From an uncultured Chloroflexia bacterium (GTDB lineage Bacteria; Chloroflexota; Chloroflexia; QHBQ01; JADMIH01): 64,000 nt of DNA. Position numbers and translations under genes: made by a program. Shown here in pieces: positions 21,300-32,175 of the stretch. The first letter of the stretch is position 1, and every line of letters begins with the position of its first letter. The stretch covers positions 1 to 64,000 of the forward strand of contig CAWCNY010000003.1 in NCBI GenBank assembly GCA_963797095.1, written 5' to 3'. Below the pieces are notes generated by a model. It ran no database searches and was not told the origin of the DNA. It was given only the letters and a program-made list of their open reading frames with translations.

Positions 21300-21421
21300 T
21301 CTCCTATAGGCCTCCGCGACGGTGTTGTCAGAGAAATCGGACTTTCACTACCCCATTTTCGCAAGGAAGATCACGTTCGCTGATGCTAATTCGGCTGCTG
21401 GCTCTTCTATTCGGAACCTAA

Positions 21422-22474
21422 TATGCCGATATGCTAGATAGGGAAAGCAAGCTGCTTGAGGTGCAAGAAGTCTGCCTTACCCATGAGACGATTAATAAAG
21501 ATGCACAGAGTGTGCGCAGCCAACTTGGAGTGCAGGCGAGCACACAATCCTGAGAAAGTGTAAGCGTGAGTGATTTCGATGTTGAACTGCTCGGTGAGTT
21601 GACCATTCACAGTCTCCACAATCTGGCGGGCACTGTTGATCAAGCTGCTGACCAGTTGCTGCACGAACACAGGCATTTGGCTGATAGGGTGACGCTTCTG
21701 GTTGCGGCGAGGCAGTGTTATGAGGTTGATGTCATTGTGAAGGCGCAACTGCTCAGCCTGGTAAGTGTCAATGAAGCCTTTGTCAGCCACAGCATCCAAA
21801 TGGGAGTGCCCACTCAGCAGGGAAGCCCCCGCTTCTTGGTCGGAGATGTTGGCTCCAACCAACTCGAAGTCCAAGATGGCCCCACCCAACGTGATGAGCA
21901 GATGCAGTTTGTAGCCGAAGATGGTCTTCTTCTTGGTGCAAACTCTCCCAAAAGCCGCTCCACTTCCGAGCCAATCCCCTCGTCGGCCAGAGCTAGGCAC
22001 CAGGTGAAAGCCAATCACCTCTACTGGCAGAGCGTCAAGGGCACACTGACGGTCTTGGGCGATGTCGAGGCGGGTAAGAGCGATGCGCCTGATCATGTTG
22101 AAAGCCTGCGCCAGATTACACCTTCTTCTGTTGAGGCGGCTTTGAGAGGGTATGTGAGAGAAGAGGTTGAGGTGGCGGTAGGAGGCCCAGTTGCTGAGCA
22201 GTTCGGTCTCTACGTCCCACCCTTTGCACTCACCGACCAGCACCATCGTGATCAACTCGCTATCAGAGCACTCCGGTTGGGGACCAGGACGCTCAAACAG
22301 ATGCTTCACCTGTTTCCAAAGGTCATCAACCGTGCAGTACATATACAAGCAGAAATCCTCAAAGTCGGTTATCATTGGGCTACCCTCCGATGTTTGGTAT
22401 TTGGTCTTGATAACCGCTTATCTATCACATCGGAGGTTCCCTTGTCAAAGCTTTTCAACTAGCATATCGGCATA
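21422..22474 (-). mobile_element. IS982 family insertion sequence
   Basis: 16-bp perfect IR TATGCCGATATGCTAG. AT-rich flanks compatible with an AAT or TAATA duplication, depending on the exact ends. Confidence 0.85.
21434..22375 (-). CDS. IS982 family transposase
   Basis: SDSELIT, FGYKLHL, ADKGF and R..VETVN.QL motifs. Confidence 0.9.
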   Translation of the reverse strand: MITDFEDFCLYMYCTVDDLWKQVKHLFERPGPQPECSDSELITMVLVGECKGWDVETELLSNWASYRHLNLFSHIPSQSRLNRRRCNLAQAFNMIRRIALTRLDIAQDRQCALDALPVEVIGFHLVPSSGRRGDWLGSGAAFGRVCTKKKTIFGYKLHLLITLGGAILDFELVGANISDQEAGASLLSGHSHLDAVADKGFIDTYQAEQLRLHNDINLITLPRRNQKRHPISQMPVFVQQLVSSLINSARQIVETVNGQLTEQFNIEITHAYTFSGLCARLHSKLAAHTLCIFINRLMGKADFLHLKQLAFPI

Positions 22475-22654
22475 ATAATATGTGAAATCCTTAACTTGAC
22501 GCGGATGGGGAGTACCCACGGTCAGGTGCTGGTCTCCTCAGTGGGTGGTGGCGAGCAGCACATGGCCCCATTTATCATGCAGCAATGTCAGCGCCCGGCA
22601 GCCCAGGATTTGGCCGGTACGCCCGATACACGGGATGCGCAAAGCCCTGTGGGG

Positions 22655-23227
22655 CTATTCTGTAGCTTCTCCCAAACACTCCGAGAGGCGGTTGGCCCAG
22701 GAGAATATGGCCGCTACATGACAAAGGTCGAATATGTCCAGGTCACTGAGTCCCACTTGACGCAATAGCTCGATATCTTGCACTGTAACTGAGGCTGGGT
22801 TCTCATTTAGCTTGACGGAATAGTCAAGTATTGCCTTGTGCCTAGGGCTGAGGTCTGCTTTAGTGTAGTCCTCAATGATTTGCTGTGCCACATCCGGCGC
22901 TTTGCTCAGCGTGATAAACGTTCGCCCGTGGTTGGACGCGCAGAAGATGCAGCGATTAGACCTTGACACCGCCGTACTCACCATCTCGCGTTCGGCTCGG
23001 CTCAATCCAGAAGGCCCAAACATGACTTCTTTGTATAGTCTCATCCGGTGTAGCAGTGGTACAGGGTCATGAGCTAGTACCCGGTAGAATGTAGGTACGT
23101 TGCCTGAAGGCCAGATCTCCTTGAAAACACTCTTCTGTTGCTCATCAGCCGTGCTCTCCTCGATGGCTTCCACCCAGGGCACCCACTGCAATTCCTCGAG
23201 TGTGAAATCGTGTACAACGGTGCTCAT
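22655..23227 (-). CDS. AhpD-like peroxidase-related enzyme
   Basis: LSRAEREM....VS..NRCIFCASNH and WANRL. ATG at 23227 with GGAGG, overlapping the upstream stop. Confidence 0.8.
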   Translation of the reverse strand: MSTVVHDFTLEELQWVPWVEAIEESTADEQQKSVFKEIWPSGNVPTFYRVLAHDPVPLLHRMRLYKEVMFGPSGLSRAEREMVSTAVSRSNRCIFCASNHGRTFITLSKAPDVAQQIIEDYTKADLSPRHKAILDYSVKLNENPASVTVQDIELLRQVGLSDLDIFDLCHVAAIFSWANRLSECLGEATE

Positions 23228-23769
23228 ATTTCCTCCTTTTGCATACCAAGTCCGAAAATCAAACGCACATGAAAACTCATATATGAGACCAGTTGTGTGA
23301 CGGTCACAACTGCTCGCTCTGATAACCCATCCTGAATATATTGGCGCATCGTCGAGCAACTCATAGTGTAGGGGCGTAGGCACAGCCGATCTGTATACTC
23401 CAGAATCAGGCCAGAACGTGAGTCAAGCACTTGCGTATCAATATTCTGTCGCGCAGCTGTTACTACCTCCTCACTGGCACCTCGGCTTTTCAGGCGTTTG
23501 AGATGCCTCTCAACGAGTGGGAAGCACGACGCTAAGCTAGCGACCCTCAAGGCTATTAAGTCTCTCTCGTCATAGCTCAGTTCGCCCGGATCGTCAGGCT
23601 CAAGCAAGGACATGAACGTCTGGTACGTGTAGAGCATTAGATCAGGGCGGGCACTCTGAAGACGCTCAATGTCGGTCACCCCGCCGGCACTATCTATCTC
23701 TGCTATAGCTGCTGACAACTTCTCTGTTTCCTTTTGGGTTCCTGCATTTGCAGTATTTGTCCATCTCAT
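23224..23769 (-). CDS. CMD/AhpD-fold protein, partner of the downstream gene
   Basis: LS..ER.LIALRVA and GLSERAVVT..QLV...SF..R. Confidence 0.65.
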   Translation of the reverse strand: MRWTNTANAGTQKETEKLSAAIAEIDSAGGVTDIERLQSARPDLMLYTYQTFMSLLEPDDPGELSYDERDLIALRVASLASCFPLVERHLKRLKSRGASEEVVTAARQNIDTQVLDSRSGLILEYTDRLCLRPYTMSCSTMRQYIQDGLSERAVVTVTQLVSYMSFHVRLIFGLGMQKEEI

Positions 23770-23826
23770 AGGTTCACTCCATTATGCATTTGCTATGTTG
23801 TTCCACCTCGATTTGGTTGTAACAAT

Positions 23827-25458
23827 TCAGTCTCTTATGCACCCTTCTAGCCTGTCACGCTCAATGAATTGAACGTCACGATTAGCATACGGGCCAAACC
23901 CACCTCCTCCCGCTGTCTCTATGATGATCCGGTCTCCGGGCTGTAAAATGGTTACACCCTTGTGTGCAAGTGGGCGCCCAGAACTCGATGTAAGCAACCG
24001 CAGGTCTCCCCGGCTCCCCGCCCAGCAAGCCCTGCGCCGGGTGCTCGCATCTGTCAATTGTCAGGGCGACAGCCAGGGGTCTGTCGCCCAACACCCGCAT
24101 AACCCTCCGCTGGCCCAATCCTCCCCGATACCGGCCACGCCCTCCTGAATCAGGCAAAAGAGCTTTCTCCTCCACAAGTAGGGGCACCAAAGTTTCAAAA
24201 ACCTCGACCGGTACGCCGGATACGTTAGTGGGGTAGCTGAGCGTCGAGATGCCGTCCATGCTGGCGCGCGCTCCGAGACCCCCGTTGATAAACTCGAACT
24301 GAAAGAAGCCTTCTCCAGGTGCCGCGGGATCAAAGACTACTGAGAATCACAGGTGGAGTACCGCTGTCGGCCATTACGCGCTCTGGTACTGCTTGGGACA
24401 GAGCCCCATAGACGGCCGACTGCATGATCTGTCCGATGACATGTCGAGACTGCACAGGTGCTGGTCTGACCGCGTGCATAATACAGCCCGGAGGGGCCGT
24501 CACGGTAATTGCCCTTAGGAAACCCTCGTTGTTGGGCACCTCTGCGTCGAAAGCTGCCTTGATGGCAAAGGCGGTATAGGCGTATGAGTAGTTGGGTACC
24601 GCATTGATCGGAGAGCGCTGTTGCGGCGAACTGCCTTCGTAATCAGCGGTGATATGTCCGTCTTTGATGGTGACCGAAATGCATATGCGTATTGGCTCAT
24701 CAAAGCCATCAAGCTCAAGTTGGTGCTGGTAAGTGCCTTCGGGTGCTCGCCTCAATGCATCGCGCATCACCCTTTCAGAGCGGGCATGCACTGAATGCGC
24801 CACCTCGGTCAGGTCCTGCAGATCATATTCACCTAACAGGTTGCACAGGCTTGCCGCTGCAGCCTCATTGCAGGCTACCTGCGCGTGAATATCTCCCATG
24901 AATTGCTGAGGAGAACGCACGTTGGTAGACATTATGTGTTCGAGGGTTTTGTCGATGCGACCGCCATCATAGAGTTTCAATGGCGGGATATACAGTCCCT
25001 CGCCGTACACGTCGTGGGCGCTCTCGCCGAACACGGTGCCTCCAATGTCAACCATGTGCGCCGTATTGCCTACGAAGCCCACCATCTTACCCAGCCTGAA
25101 CACGGGCGTCACCAGTGTCACGTCCGGTAGGTGCCCGGTGCCCAGCCAGGGATCATTCGTAATGGCTACATCCCCTGGGCTCCAGCTATCGGGACCGAAG
25201 TGCTTTAGCATAGCGCGGACAGTCATCGGTATGGTGCCAAGGAACGAGGGCACGCTGATACTCGATTGTGCCACTGACTGCCCTTTCTCATCGGTCAGCA
25301 CAACTGCGAGATCGTTCGAACTCGCGCACTATTGTGGAAAACGATGTGCGTATGAGCGTGGTCGCTGCCTCGTCCACCATGGCAATCATGCGTGACCATA
25401 TTATCCCAAGCGTGACGGGATCGATCTCGCTGTGGATGTTAGTGGCGTTCGTGTACAT
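23827..25458 (-). pseudogene. hyuB: Hydantoinase B/5-oxoprolinase beta subunit with three apparent frameshifts
   Basis: IDPVTL.IIW, NDPWLGTGHLPD, H.VDIGG, DSGGRG.YRGGLG and ETAGGGGFG are spread over four ORF pieces. Shifts near 25320, 24338 and 23983 may be sequencing errors. Confidence 0.8.
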
Positions 25459-25461
25459 CTA

Positions 25462-27561
25462 CTACACTCCTCCAGGGCTAAGCACCGCATTTTGCTGCTG
25501 ATCGATCGTTGCGTGCCACCCACGCGGGACCACAAGAGTCAACTCGCGTTCCTCTATGATCGCAGGCGCCTCAATGGTATAGCCTGCAGGCATCCGGTAC
25601 CTGTTATATACTGGCACCTGGTTGTACTGCTTCAGCTGCAGGTCATAGACCGATCTTTCGCCTTTCACAATAGCTTCGCCGTCTTCGCCGGTCAATATGC
25701 TTATTCGCCCAGGTGGCAGCCCCGGCGCTGCGGACATGCCAATGCGCCAGTTGATTACCTCGACATCCACATTTGGCACCAGCCGGCCATAATGTGAACT
25801 GTATGCATCCGAGAAAGCAGAGAAAAGCAGCGCTGATTGTTCCGCGCCCAGGTCTCCAGCAGGTACTAGTACTGTGATCTCGTGACCCTGGCCTCGGTAT
25901 CGCATGTCGGCCAGACGCATGGTGGTTACCTCTGGCGCGGAGATACCCGACATGCTCATCATCTCTAACCCGGATGCCTCCATTTCCTTGAATGCATTGT
26001 TGACCTCCTGCCAGTTAGTCTGGCCAAGAGTGCCCGGTATTGAGCGTACCGAGCGTGTGGAGATGGGCGCCACCAGAAAACCGAGTGCTGAGGCAGCACC
26101 AGCTCCTAGTGGCGCTATCACTCGAGAAGAGTTCAGGCGGCTACCAACCTGAGCGGCATGCAAAGGGCCCGCACCCCCGGTGGCGAAGAGGCCGAACCGT
26201 GTGGGATCGTATCCTTTCTCCAATATGTGCACTCGTGCGGCGTTTGCCATGTTTTCACACACCGTCTTGTAAATTGCGGCAGCCGCCTCCGGCACTGTAA
26301 GTCCTAGGGGGGTAGCTATTTCGGTGAGAATTGCTTGCCAGGCTGCTTCAAGATCCAGGAGCATCGTGCCGCCCAGAAAGTAATGAGGATCAAGGTAGCC
26401 CAGTACCAGACAGGCGTCTGTCACAGTTGGAGATGGGCTCCCCAGCCCATAACAGGCGGGCCCCGGCGACGCTCCGGCGCTGTGCGGCCCAACTCGCAAG
26501 AGACCGAGGTTGTCGACTCTAGCGATTGAGCCTCCGCCTGCTCCGATCTCGATCAGATCCACTGCAGGGACCCTTACTGGCAGCCCACTGCCTTTCTCAA
26601 ATCTGCGCATGCGCGCAACTTCGAAGTCCGTGGTGATGCGCGGCTGACCGTTGCTCACAATACAGATTTTGGCAGTGGTACCACCCATATCGAAAGCCAG
26701 TAGGTCGGGTGCGTTCATGTGCTTGCTGTAATAGCTGACCACCATTGCCCCACCCGCTGGACCGGATTCCAGTAACTGAACTGGTTGTCTGGCCGCTTCC
26801 TTAGGTGTGGTAACGTGCCCGTCTGACTGGATGATACGAACATTACATCTGATCCCGGCTGCCGACAGCCTGTCCAGCAGATTGCCCATATAGCGGGTAA
26901 CCAGTGGTTGTACATAGGAATTGATCACTGTGGTAGATGACCGCTCATATTCTCTGATCTCCGCCAGCACCTCAGCAGATATGCTTATTGTGAGTTCGGG
27001 ACAGCGAGATCTCAGGAACTCTGCGACCTGTCGTTCGTGTGCAGGATTGGTGAATGAGTGCAGGAAGCATACAGCAACTGCTTCTACCCCTTGCCGCACA
27101 AGCTCAGTTGCCAACTGCGCCAGATCCGCCTCATCTGGCGTACTGAGCACTTCTCCATAACACGACATCCTTTCTTCAACCTCAAACCGTAGGTGCCTTG
27201 GCACCAGCGGTTGCGGCATTTCTATAAAAATGTCGTACAGGTTGTAGCGGATTTCGCGCCCTATTTCCAGCACATCTCTGAACCCGGCTGTGGTAACAAG
27301 TGCAGTCTTAGCGCCCTTGCGTTCGACCACCGCATTTGTCGCCAGCGTAGTGCCATGGACAAGCAAATCCATTTCCATGGGGGACACGCCGTAGCGCTGC
27401 CTAACCTGGTCAATGCCATTGAATAAACCGATCAGAGGATCTGAGGGTGTGGTAAGGGTTTTGGCAAGGCGGACTGTGCCCAGGGCTTCGTCAAGGAGCA
27501 CCATGTCGGTAAATGTACCACCTATATCTATCCCTAGTTTGTATCTGGACAAACCGCTCAT
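25462..27561 (-). CDS. hyuA: Hydantoinase A/5-oxoprolinase alpha subunit
   Basis: GIDIGGTFTD, HGTTLATNA, ESGPAGG, DMGGTT and GAGGGSIA. Confidence 0.92.
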   Translation of the reverse strand: MSGLSRYKLGIDIGGTFTDMVLLDEALGTVRLAKTLTTPSDPLIGLFNGIDQVRQRYGVSPMEMDLLVHGTTLATNAVVERKGAKTALVTTAGFRDVLEIGREIRYNLYDIFIEMPQPLVPRHLRFEVEERMSCYGEVLSTPDEADLAQLATELVRQGVEAVAVCFLHSFTNPAHERQVAEFLRSRCPELTISISAEVLAEIREYERSSTTVINSYVQPLVTRYMGNLLDRLSAAGIRCNVRIIQSDGHVTTPKEAARQPVQLLESGPAGGAMVVSYYSKHMNAPDLLAFDMGGTTAKICIVSNGQPRITTDFEVARMRRFEKGSGLPVRVPAVDLIEIGAGGGSIARVDNLGLLRVGPHSAGASPGPACYGLGSPSPTVTDACLVLGYLDPHYFLGGTMLLDLEAAWQAILTEIATPLGLTVPEAAAAIYKTVCENMANAARVHILEKGYDPTRFGLFATGGAGPLHAAQVGSRLNSSRVIAPLGAGAASALGFLVAPISTRSVRSIPGTLGQTNWQEVNNAFKEMEASGLEMMSMSGISAPEVTTMRLADMRYRGQGHEITVLVPAGDLGAEQSALLFSAFSDAYSSHYGRLVPNVDVEVINWRIGMSAAPGLPPGRISILTGEDGEAIVKGERSVYDLQLKQYNQVPVYNRYRMPAGYTIEAPAIIEERELTLVVPRGWHATIDQQQNAVLSPGGV

Positions 27562-27665
27562 AAGTCAGTCGTGCCTCCAGTTCCTATTCATATTCAGCCA
27601 TGGAGGATTACAGAAGGATGCAAATCCCCAACCCCGAACATACACAATGCACGCACTCTAAGCCA

Positions 27666-28463
27666 TTAATCTATGTGCAGATGTAATGATGCGTCAAGCA
27701 CAATGGCGGGACGTCCATCGGAGGAGGGGAATTCTCTGGCCGGTACAGAGCCTCTTGTAGATACCAGGAACGCCTTCCACGCCTCGATAATCTGAGGATC
27801 CAACATGGTGAGGATAAATGGGTGGAATAGCATCACGCCCTGGTCCGGGTGTGCCGACATTGCTTTCCACTTCTGTAGTGCTTGTGATACGGGCACGGGG
27901 TTCACGAAAAGGATTTCAAAATCGTGCGGCTCCATCATAGGAACGAAGCGCAGGCCCGCAGGCAAGTTTCCATGCGGTTTGCCCGAAGAAAACCATGTCA
28001 CCCCCAGGTCGGCCAATGCCTGCGGTGCCGCATCGTGCAGGGTTCCATGGTATGACAACCATGCTCCTTGCGCGTCAGCACCAAGCGCTCGTAGATCGTC
28101 CAGGCATGGCTTGAAATCGTTGTAGATGTCCTCGTACTCAAACCTCTCGTTTATAAGGTAATGACGCGGGCCGTGCGTAGTGACCTCATGCCCATCTGCT
28201 AGCATCCGCTCGATCACTCGTGTCCGGTGAGGTACATCTCGCCCAAGGAAGCAGAAGGTCATACGAGCGTTACACTCTTTTGCCACGTCCAGGACCTGGA
28301 AGTAATGTTCGTCATCGTACCAACGGGAGTGCAGCCAAACCTTGCGCGCCACCAGTTCTGGTGGATCCTGTAGCAAGTTCTGCACGAACCACTGGAGCTC
28401 CATTTCCCTCTCATCTGCCTTTCGCCACTCCATGTTGCCTGGGATCCCTGAGAAGACGGTCAT
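27666..28463 (-). CDS. Polysaccharide deacetylase (CE4/NodB-like) family hydrolase
   Basis: TFCFLG, GHEVTTHG..H and LFHP motifs. Confidence 0.65.
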   Translation of the reverse strand: MTVFSGIPGNMEWRKADEREMELQWFVQNLLQDPPELVARKVWLHSRWYDDEHYFQVLDVAKECNARMTFCFLGRDVPHRTRVIERMLADGHEVTTHGPRHYLINERFEYEDIYNDFKPCLDDLRALGADAQGAWLSYHGTLHDAAPQALADLGVTWFSSGKPHGNLPAGLRFVPMMEPHDFEILFVNPVPVSQALQKWKAMSAHPDQGVMLFHPFILTMLDPQIIEAWKAFLVSTRGSVPAREFPSSDGRPAIVLDASLHLHID

Positions 28464-28551
28464 TTTAGTTACTCCTTCATTCGTAGTTGAAATACTTAGC
28501 CACCTGATTGCTTGGCTTACTAGTCGGGCTACATGCTTCCAGCACTTGCAT

Positions 28552-29472
28552 CTATAGGTCCTTCATCGTGGGGTCCAGGGCGTCGCGCAGACCGTCGCCC
28601 ACCATATTGGCCGATACCACCACTATGAAGATGGCAAGACCCGGTATCACCGCCAGATAAGGCGCCGACGTCACGTAGCTCCTGCCCTCGGCAAGCATAT
28701 TGCCCCAATCAGGCTCGGGTGGCTGTGTGCCAAGCCCCAGGAAGCTCAGACTTGCAGTAGCCAGTATCTTCACACCTATATCGAAACTGGCCGCCACAAT
28801 GATCGGAGCGATGGTATTGGGGATGATATGTCTGACCATTATGCCTATGGATGAACTGCCAAGAGCCCGAGCCGCTTCAAAATAATCGTCGTGCTTGATA
28901 GTCAGCACACTCGCTCGCACAAGCCGGGCGTAAAACGGTATACCCACTATCCCGACGGCAATCATGGCATTGAACAACCCGGGGCCGAGAACACTGACTA
29001 CCAGGATTGCCAGGAGTATAGCCGGGAAGGACATCAACAGGTCGACGATGCGCATCAGCAGTTCGCTCGCCCAGTTGTGGAAAAAGCCGCTGATGAGTCC
29101 GATCGGAAATCCCACGCCGAAGGCTATGGCGACGGAGAGAATACCGGCGATGAGCGACCTTTGAGCACCCCAGATCAGACGACTCAGTACGTCCCTACCA
29201 AGCTGGTCCGTCCCAAGCAAGTGTCCGATCGAGAAGGGCGGTTTCAACCTCGCCGCCGTGTTAAGCACCTTAGGTGTCGGGTCATCTAACGGGAGTATAG
29301 GTGCCGCCAAAATAACCACCACCATGAACAACAGTATCACAATCCCTGCGAGAGCGACGCGGTCGCGACGCAGCCGCCTTCGCGCGTTGGTCCAAAATCC
29401 GGGCGAGGTATCATTTTGTTGTGGCGTGTCTCGCACAAGTATGCTCGGGCCTTGTTCCTCAATCACTGCCAT
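28552..29472 (-). CDS. Peptide/nickel ABC permease, DppC-like
   Basis: LGTDQLGRDVLSRLIWG, EAARALG and LSFLGLG. Confidence 0.92.
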   Translation of the reverse strand: MAVIEEQGPSILVRDTPQQNDTSPGFWTNARRRLRRDRVALAGIVILLFMVVVILAAPILPLDDPTPKVLNTAARLKPPFSIGHLLGTDQLGRDVLSRLIWGAQRSLIAGILSVAIAFGVGFPIGLISGFFHNWASELLMRIVDLLMSFPAILLAILVVSVLGPGLFNAMIAVGIVGIPFYARLVRASVLTIKHDDYFEAARALGSSSIGIMVRHIIPNTIAPIIVAASFDIGVKILATASLSFLGLGTQPPEPDWGNMLAEGRSYVTSAPYLAVIPGLAIFIVVVSANMVGDGLRDALDPTMKDL

Positions 29473-29494
29473 CGTTACCTCTCAAGTCGGGTCG

Positions 29495-30445
29495 CTAGAG
29501 CGTTTGCCTGATCCTTGGATCGAACACCCCATAAAGAACATCAGCCGCAACATTAGCGAGCAAAGCCGCCGTGGCGGTCATGAGTACGATGCCCTGTACC
29601 ATCGGGTAATCCCTGTTGGAGACGGCGTTGATCAACGATTGCCCGACCCCTGGCCAGTTGAACACGACTTCGACCAGGATCGCACCTCCAAGGAGCGTAC
29701 TTGCCTGGGCGCCGATCACAGTAATTATGGGTGAGGCAGCGTTAGCTAGGGCATGCTTCAGATAAATACGCACCTCCGACAGTCCTCGAGCACGGGCAGC
29801 AATAATATATTGCTTACGTGCGACCTCAAGCAAAGCAGAACGCGTTAAGCGGGTAATGATTGCTATCGTGGGCAGGCTAAGAGTAATAGCGGGCAATATC
29901 AGATGCCTGAGCACATCCAGAAGGTCTCCTCCAACAGGGGATTGCATGCCCTGCGGCGGCAACCAACGTAACGTCACGGAGAACCCAATGATGAGCAACA
30001 GCCCTGTCCAGAATACCGGCATGCTTACTCCCAGTAATACTATGAACATAACCAAGCGATCGAAGAGCGTGCGTCTGAATATGCCCGCGAGCGTGCCGAG
30101 ACCAATCCCCATCACCGCCGAAATCACCAAGCTGGCCACGGCGAGCAGAACCGTATTCTTGAAGTGATCCAGTACCTCTTGATAGACGGGCAACCCCGTG
30201 ATTATAGATGTTCCCATGTCCGCTTGGGTGAATTTTGTCAGCCATAGGACGAATTGAATGAGGATCGGCTGATCCAAGCCATAGCTGTGCCGTATTTCGG
30301 CCAGCATACTCGGAGTAGCATCTGGACCTGCGATGAGCACTGCTGGGTCTCCGGGTATGAAGCGGATGCTGAAGAAGACGATTGTCATCACGCCTAGCAG
30401 GGTAGGTATCGAAATAATCAAACGTTGTATTACATACCGCAACAT
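29495..30445 (-). CDS. Peptide/nickel ABC permease, DppB-like
   Basis: PGDPA, HLILPAITL, ARARGL and RDYP.VQG. Confidence 0.92.
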   Translation of the reverse strand: MLRYVIQRLIISIPTLLGVMTIVFFSIRFIPGDPAVLIAGPDATPSMLAEIRHSYGLDQPILIQFVLWLTKFTQADMGTSIITGLPVYQEVLDHFKNTVLLAVASLVISAVMGIGLGTLAGIFRRTLFDRLVMFIVLLGVSMPVFWTGLLLIIGFSVTLRWLPPQGMQSPVGGDLLDVLRHLILPAITLSLPTIAIITRLTRSALLEVARKQYIIAARARGLSEVRIYLKHALANAASPIITVIGAQASTLLGGAILVEVVFNWPGVGQSLINAVSNRDYPMVQGIVLMTATAALLANVAADVLYGVFDPRIRQTL

Positions 30446-30460
30446 CGCGCCTCCTGTTTC

Positions 30461-31048
30461 TCAACTCTCCGCGAGCGGGCCTATTTCTACCTTATATTCT
30501 TCGGGCAAGCTCCAATAGTCTGTATCTCCAACAAGCATATCGGGTTCCCCACTCGCCAGCGCCGCACTCGTCTCCGAGCGGGTGATGACAAGGAAGTCCC
30601 CGGTCGCGCCGAGCGGGAAAAACTCCACATGCCATGTTCCCTTCTTCATTGCCAGCCCTGTGCTACCATCGATGATAAATACACGAAGAGTCTCGATGTC
30701 TAGCTCAGGGCCTTCTGAAGGGGAAGCTACAACCTGCAAAAACCGGTCACCGTTCAAAGGAACAAATGACTGCGTCACCCGCAGATGGCGCTCGAATCGC
30801 CTGATATCAATCGGCCTGGCAGGCATTCGAGCGAAGACTATCTCCGGTGTTCCTTCAATGCTGAGATCGAGTACTCTCCACCAGGAGGCCGTGAACTGCT
30901 CACCTCGGACGGGTTCGATAGAGTTTGGAGGGCCCAGCAACCAACCATAAGGAGCGTAGCGCGCGTGTGTCAACTGCTCCGGCTGAAGAACCTTGATCTG
31001 TTGTCCCAAGGAGTTTGGCTGAGCTCCGATCGTGTCCTTGCTAATCAT
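30461..31048 (-). CDS. Ureidoglycolate lyase (AllA)-like cupin
   Basis: LT...YAPYG, FERH...TQ.FVPL and GTWH. Confidence 0.75.
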   Translation of the reverse strand: MISKDTIGAQPNSLGQQIKVLQPEQLTHARYAPYGWLLGPPNSIEPVRGEQFTASWWRVLDLSIEGTPEIVFARMPARPIDIRRFERHLRVTQSFVPLNGDRFLQVVASPSEGPELDIETLRVFIIDGSTGLAMKKGTWHVEFFPLGATGDFLVITRSETSAALASGEPDMLVGDTDYWSLPEEYKVEIGPLAES

Positions 31049-32175
31049 ACGAGTCCTCCCCTTCCCTCCACATAAGGGGGCCTCTCCCAGGCGAAGCCCT
31101 CCCCCTCGATACTCCCGCGCACCAGCCAGTGGAGGAGATCGAATAGATTTAGGGTCAATTCGCCGGGAGCGCCATCTTCGGTAAAGCCACTTACGAGCGT
31201 AGGCCCATCGGCGAGCGGAATTTCAAGCATCAGTTCCATAATGCGACGCTGAAGCTGGTGGTCATGCAACACCTCGCTGCGGCCTAGGATGCCAGCTAAG
31301 CAAGCAGCAATGCCATAGGCCGCAGCGTTTGACGAGCGCGCTACTACTGAAACAGTGGTTTCAGTCACTCCGGCAATACTCCCCTCGCAGGAGCATGTGC
31401 ATCTTGCCCCCACCGGCACTATGACTTCGCGCACAGCCTCCCGAACGAGTGCGCCTCCGATCTCGTTACCAATGTCAAAGCAGCCAATAGTGGGTAGGCC
31501 TCGGGCGCTTGCTTCAGCAAAGAGGTACTGAACCTTTGCCGTCCATTCGGACATATCCAGCCCTCCCCCTGTATGATGCACTCCTTTCTCGTTCTCATCG
31601 GAACGCTCGACCGCCACCAGTACTTTAGGCTTTAAACTGTCCAGTGTGTCGACAGCCGCCTTGAGGGCTTCCTTGCGGTCTATCGGGAACCCGATTACAC
31701 AGGCCGAGCGGTAGGACGGCATCCGATAGAACTGGTCAAGTTCCCAGGTGCGCATCTCTGCAGCCGTAAGCACTTTACGAAACGCATCCACGCAGGCATC
31801 GTCCGTCACTACTAGCACCCGCGCCCCTAAGCCGATGTTTACAGCCCTGGCTAGGGCCGCTGTCCCTGCATACCCATCGTACTCGCCATTTTCGAAGTAA
31901 GGGCGCTTCACCCACCCAGCCGATATGACCACTGTATCGTCAGCATGCACGTTGTCGGCAATCTGCTCCGCCGCGGCCAGGCACAGCGGTCTTCCTATCT
32001 TCTTGATAGCTGCTTCCCACAGTCTGGTGGTTGCACCCCAGTTATACTGGTACCTTGTGCACACGGTAACTGCACGGTCCACCTGCTCACCCAAGATATA
32101 AAGACTTCGCGCACGCATATCTCTATTAGCAATAGGTTCTTGTTTAATCATATCTGTAATTCTCCTATTGGACAC
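31045..32175 (-). CDS. D-glutamate cyclase-like (DUF4392) protein
   Basis: GE.DG..G.AALARA, VAVER...N..GV.H, IG..DIGNEIG and SN.AAYG. Confidence 0.7.
   Translation of the reverse strand: MSNRRITDMIKQEPIANRDMRARSLYILGEQVDRAVTVCTRYQYNWGATTRLWEAAIKKIGRPLCLAAAEQIADNVHADDTVVISAGWVKRPYFENGEYDGYAGTAALARAVNIGLGARVLVVTDDACVDAFRKVLTAAEMRTWELDQFYRMPSYRSACVIGFPIDRKEALKAAVDTLDSLKPKVLVAVERSDENEKGVHHTGGGLDMSEWTAKVQYLFAEASARGLPTIGCFDIGNEIGGALVREAVREVIVPVGARCTCSCEGSIAGVTETTVSVVARSSNAAAYGIAACLAGILGRSEVLHDHQLQRRIMELMLEIPLADGPTLVSGFTEDGAPGELTLNLFDLLHWLVRGSIEGEGFAWERPPYVEGRGGLV

Noticed and set aside
21566-22462. 298-aa + strand ORF, and similar long antisense ORFs (e.g. 58996-59868, 41624-42448, 8906-9628)
   Set aside because: Antisense shadows of well-supported genes, with no motifs of their own.
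22489-22510. CCTTAACTTGACGCGGATGGGG as an orphan IS end
   Set aside because: It resembles IS termini, but no partner IR or transposase was found in the window.
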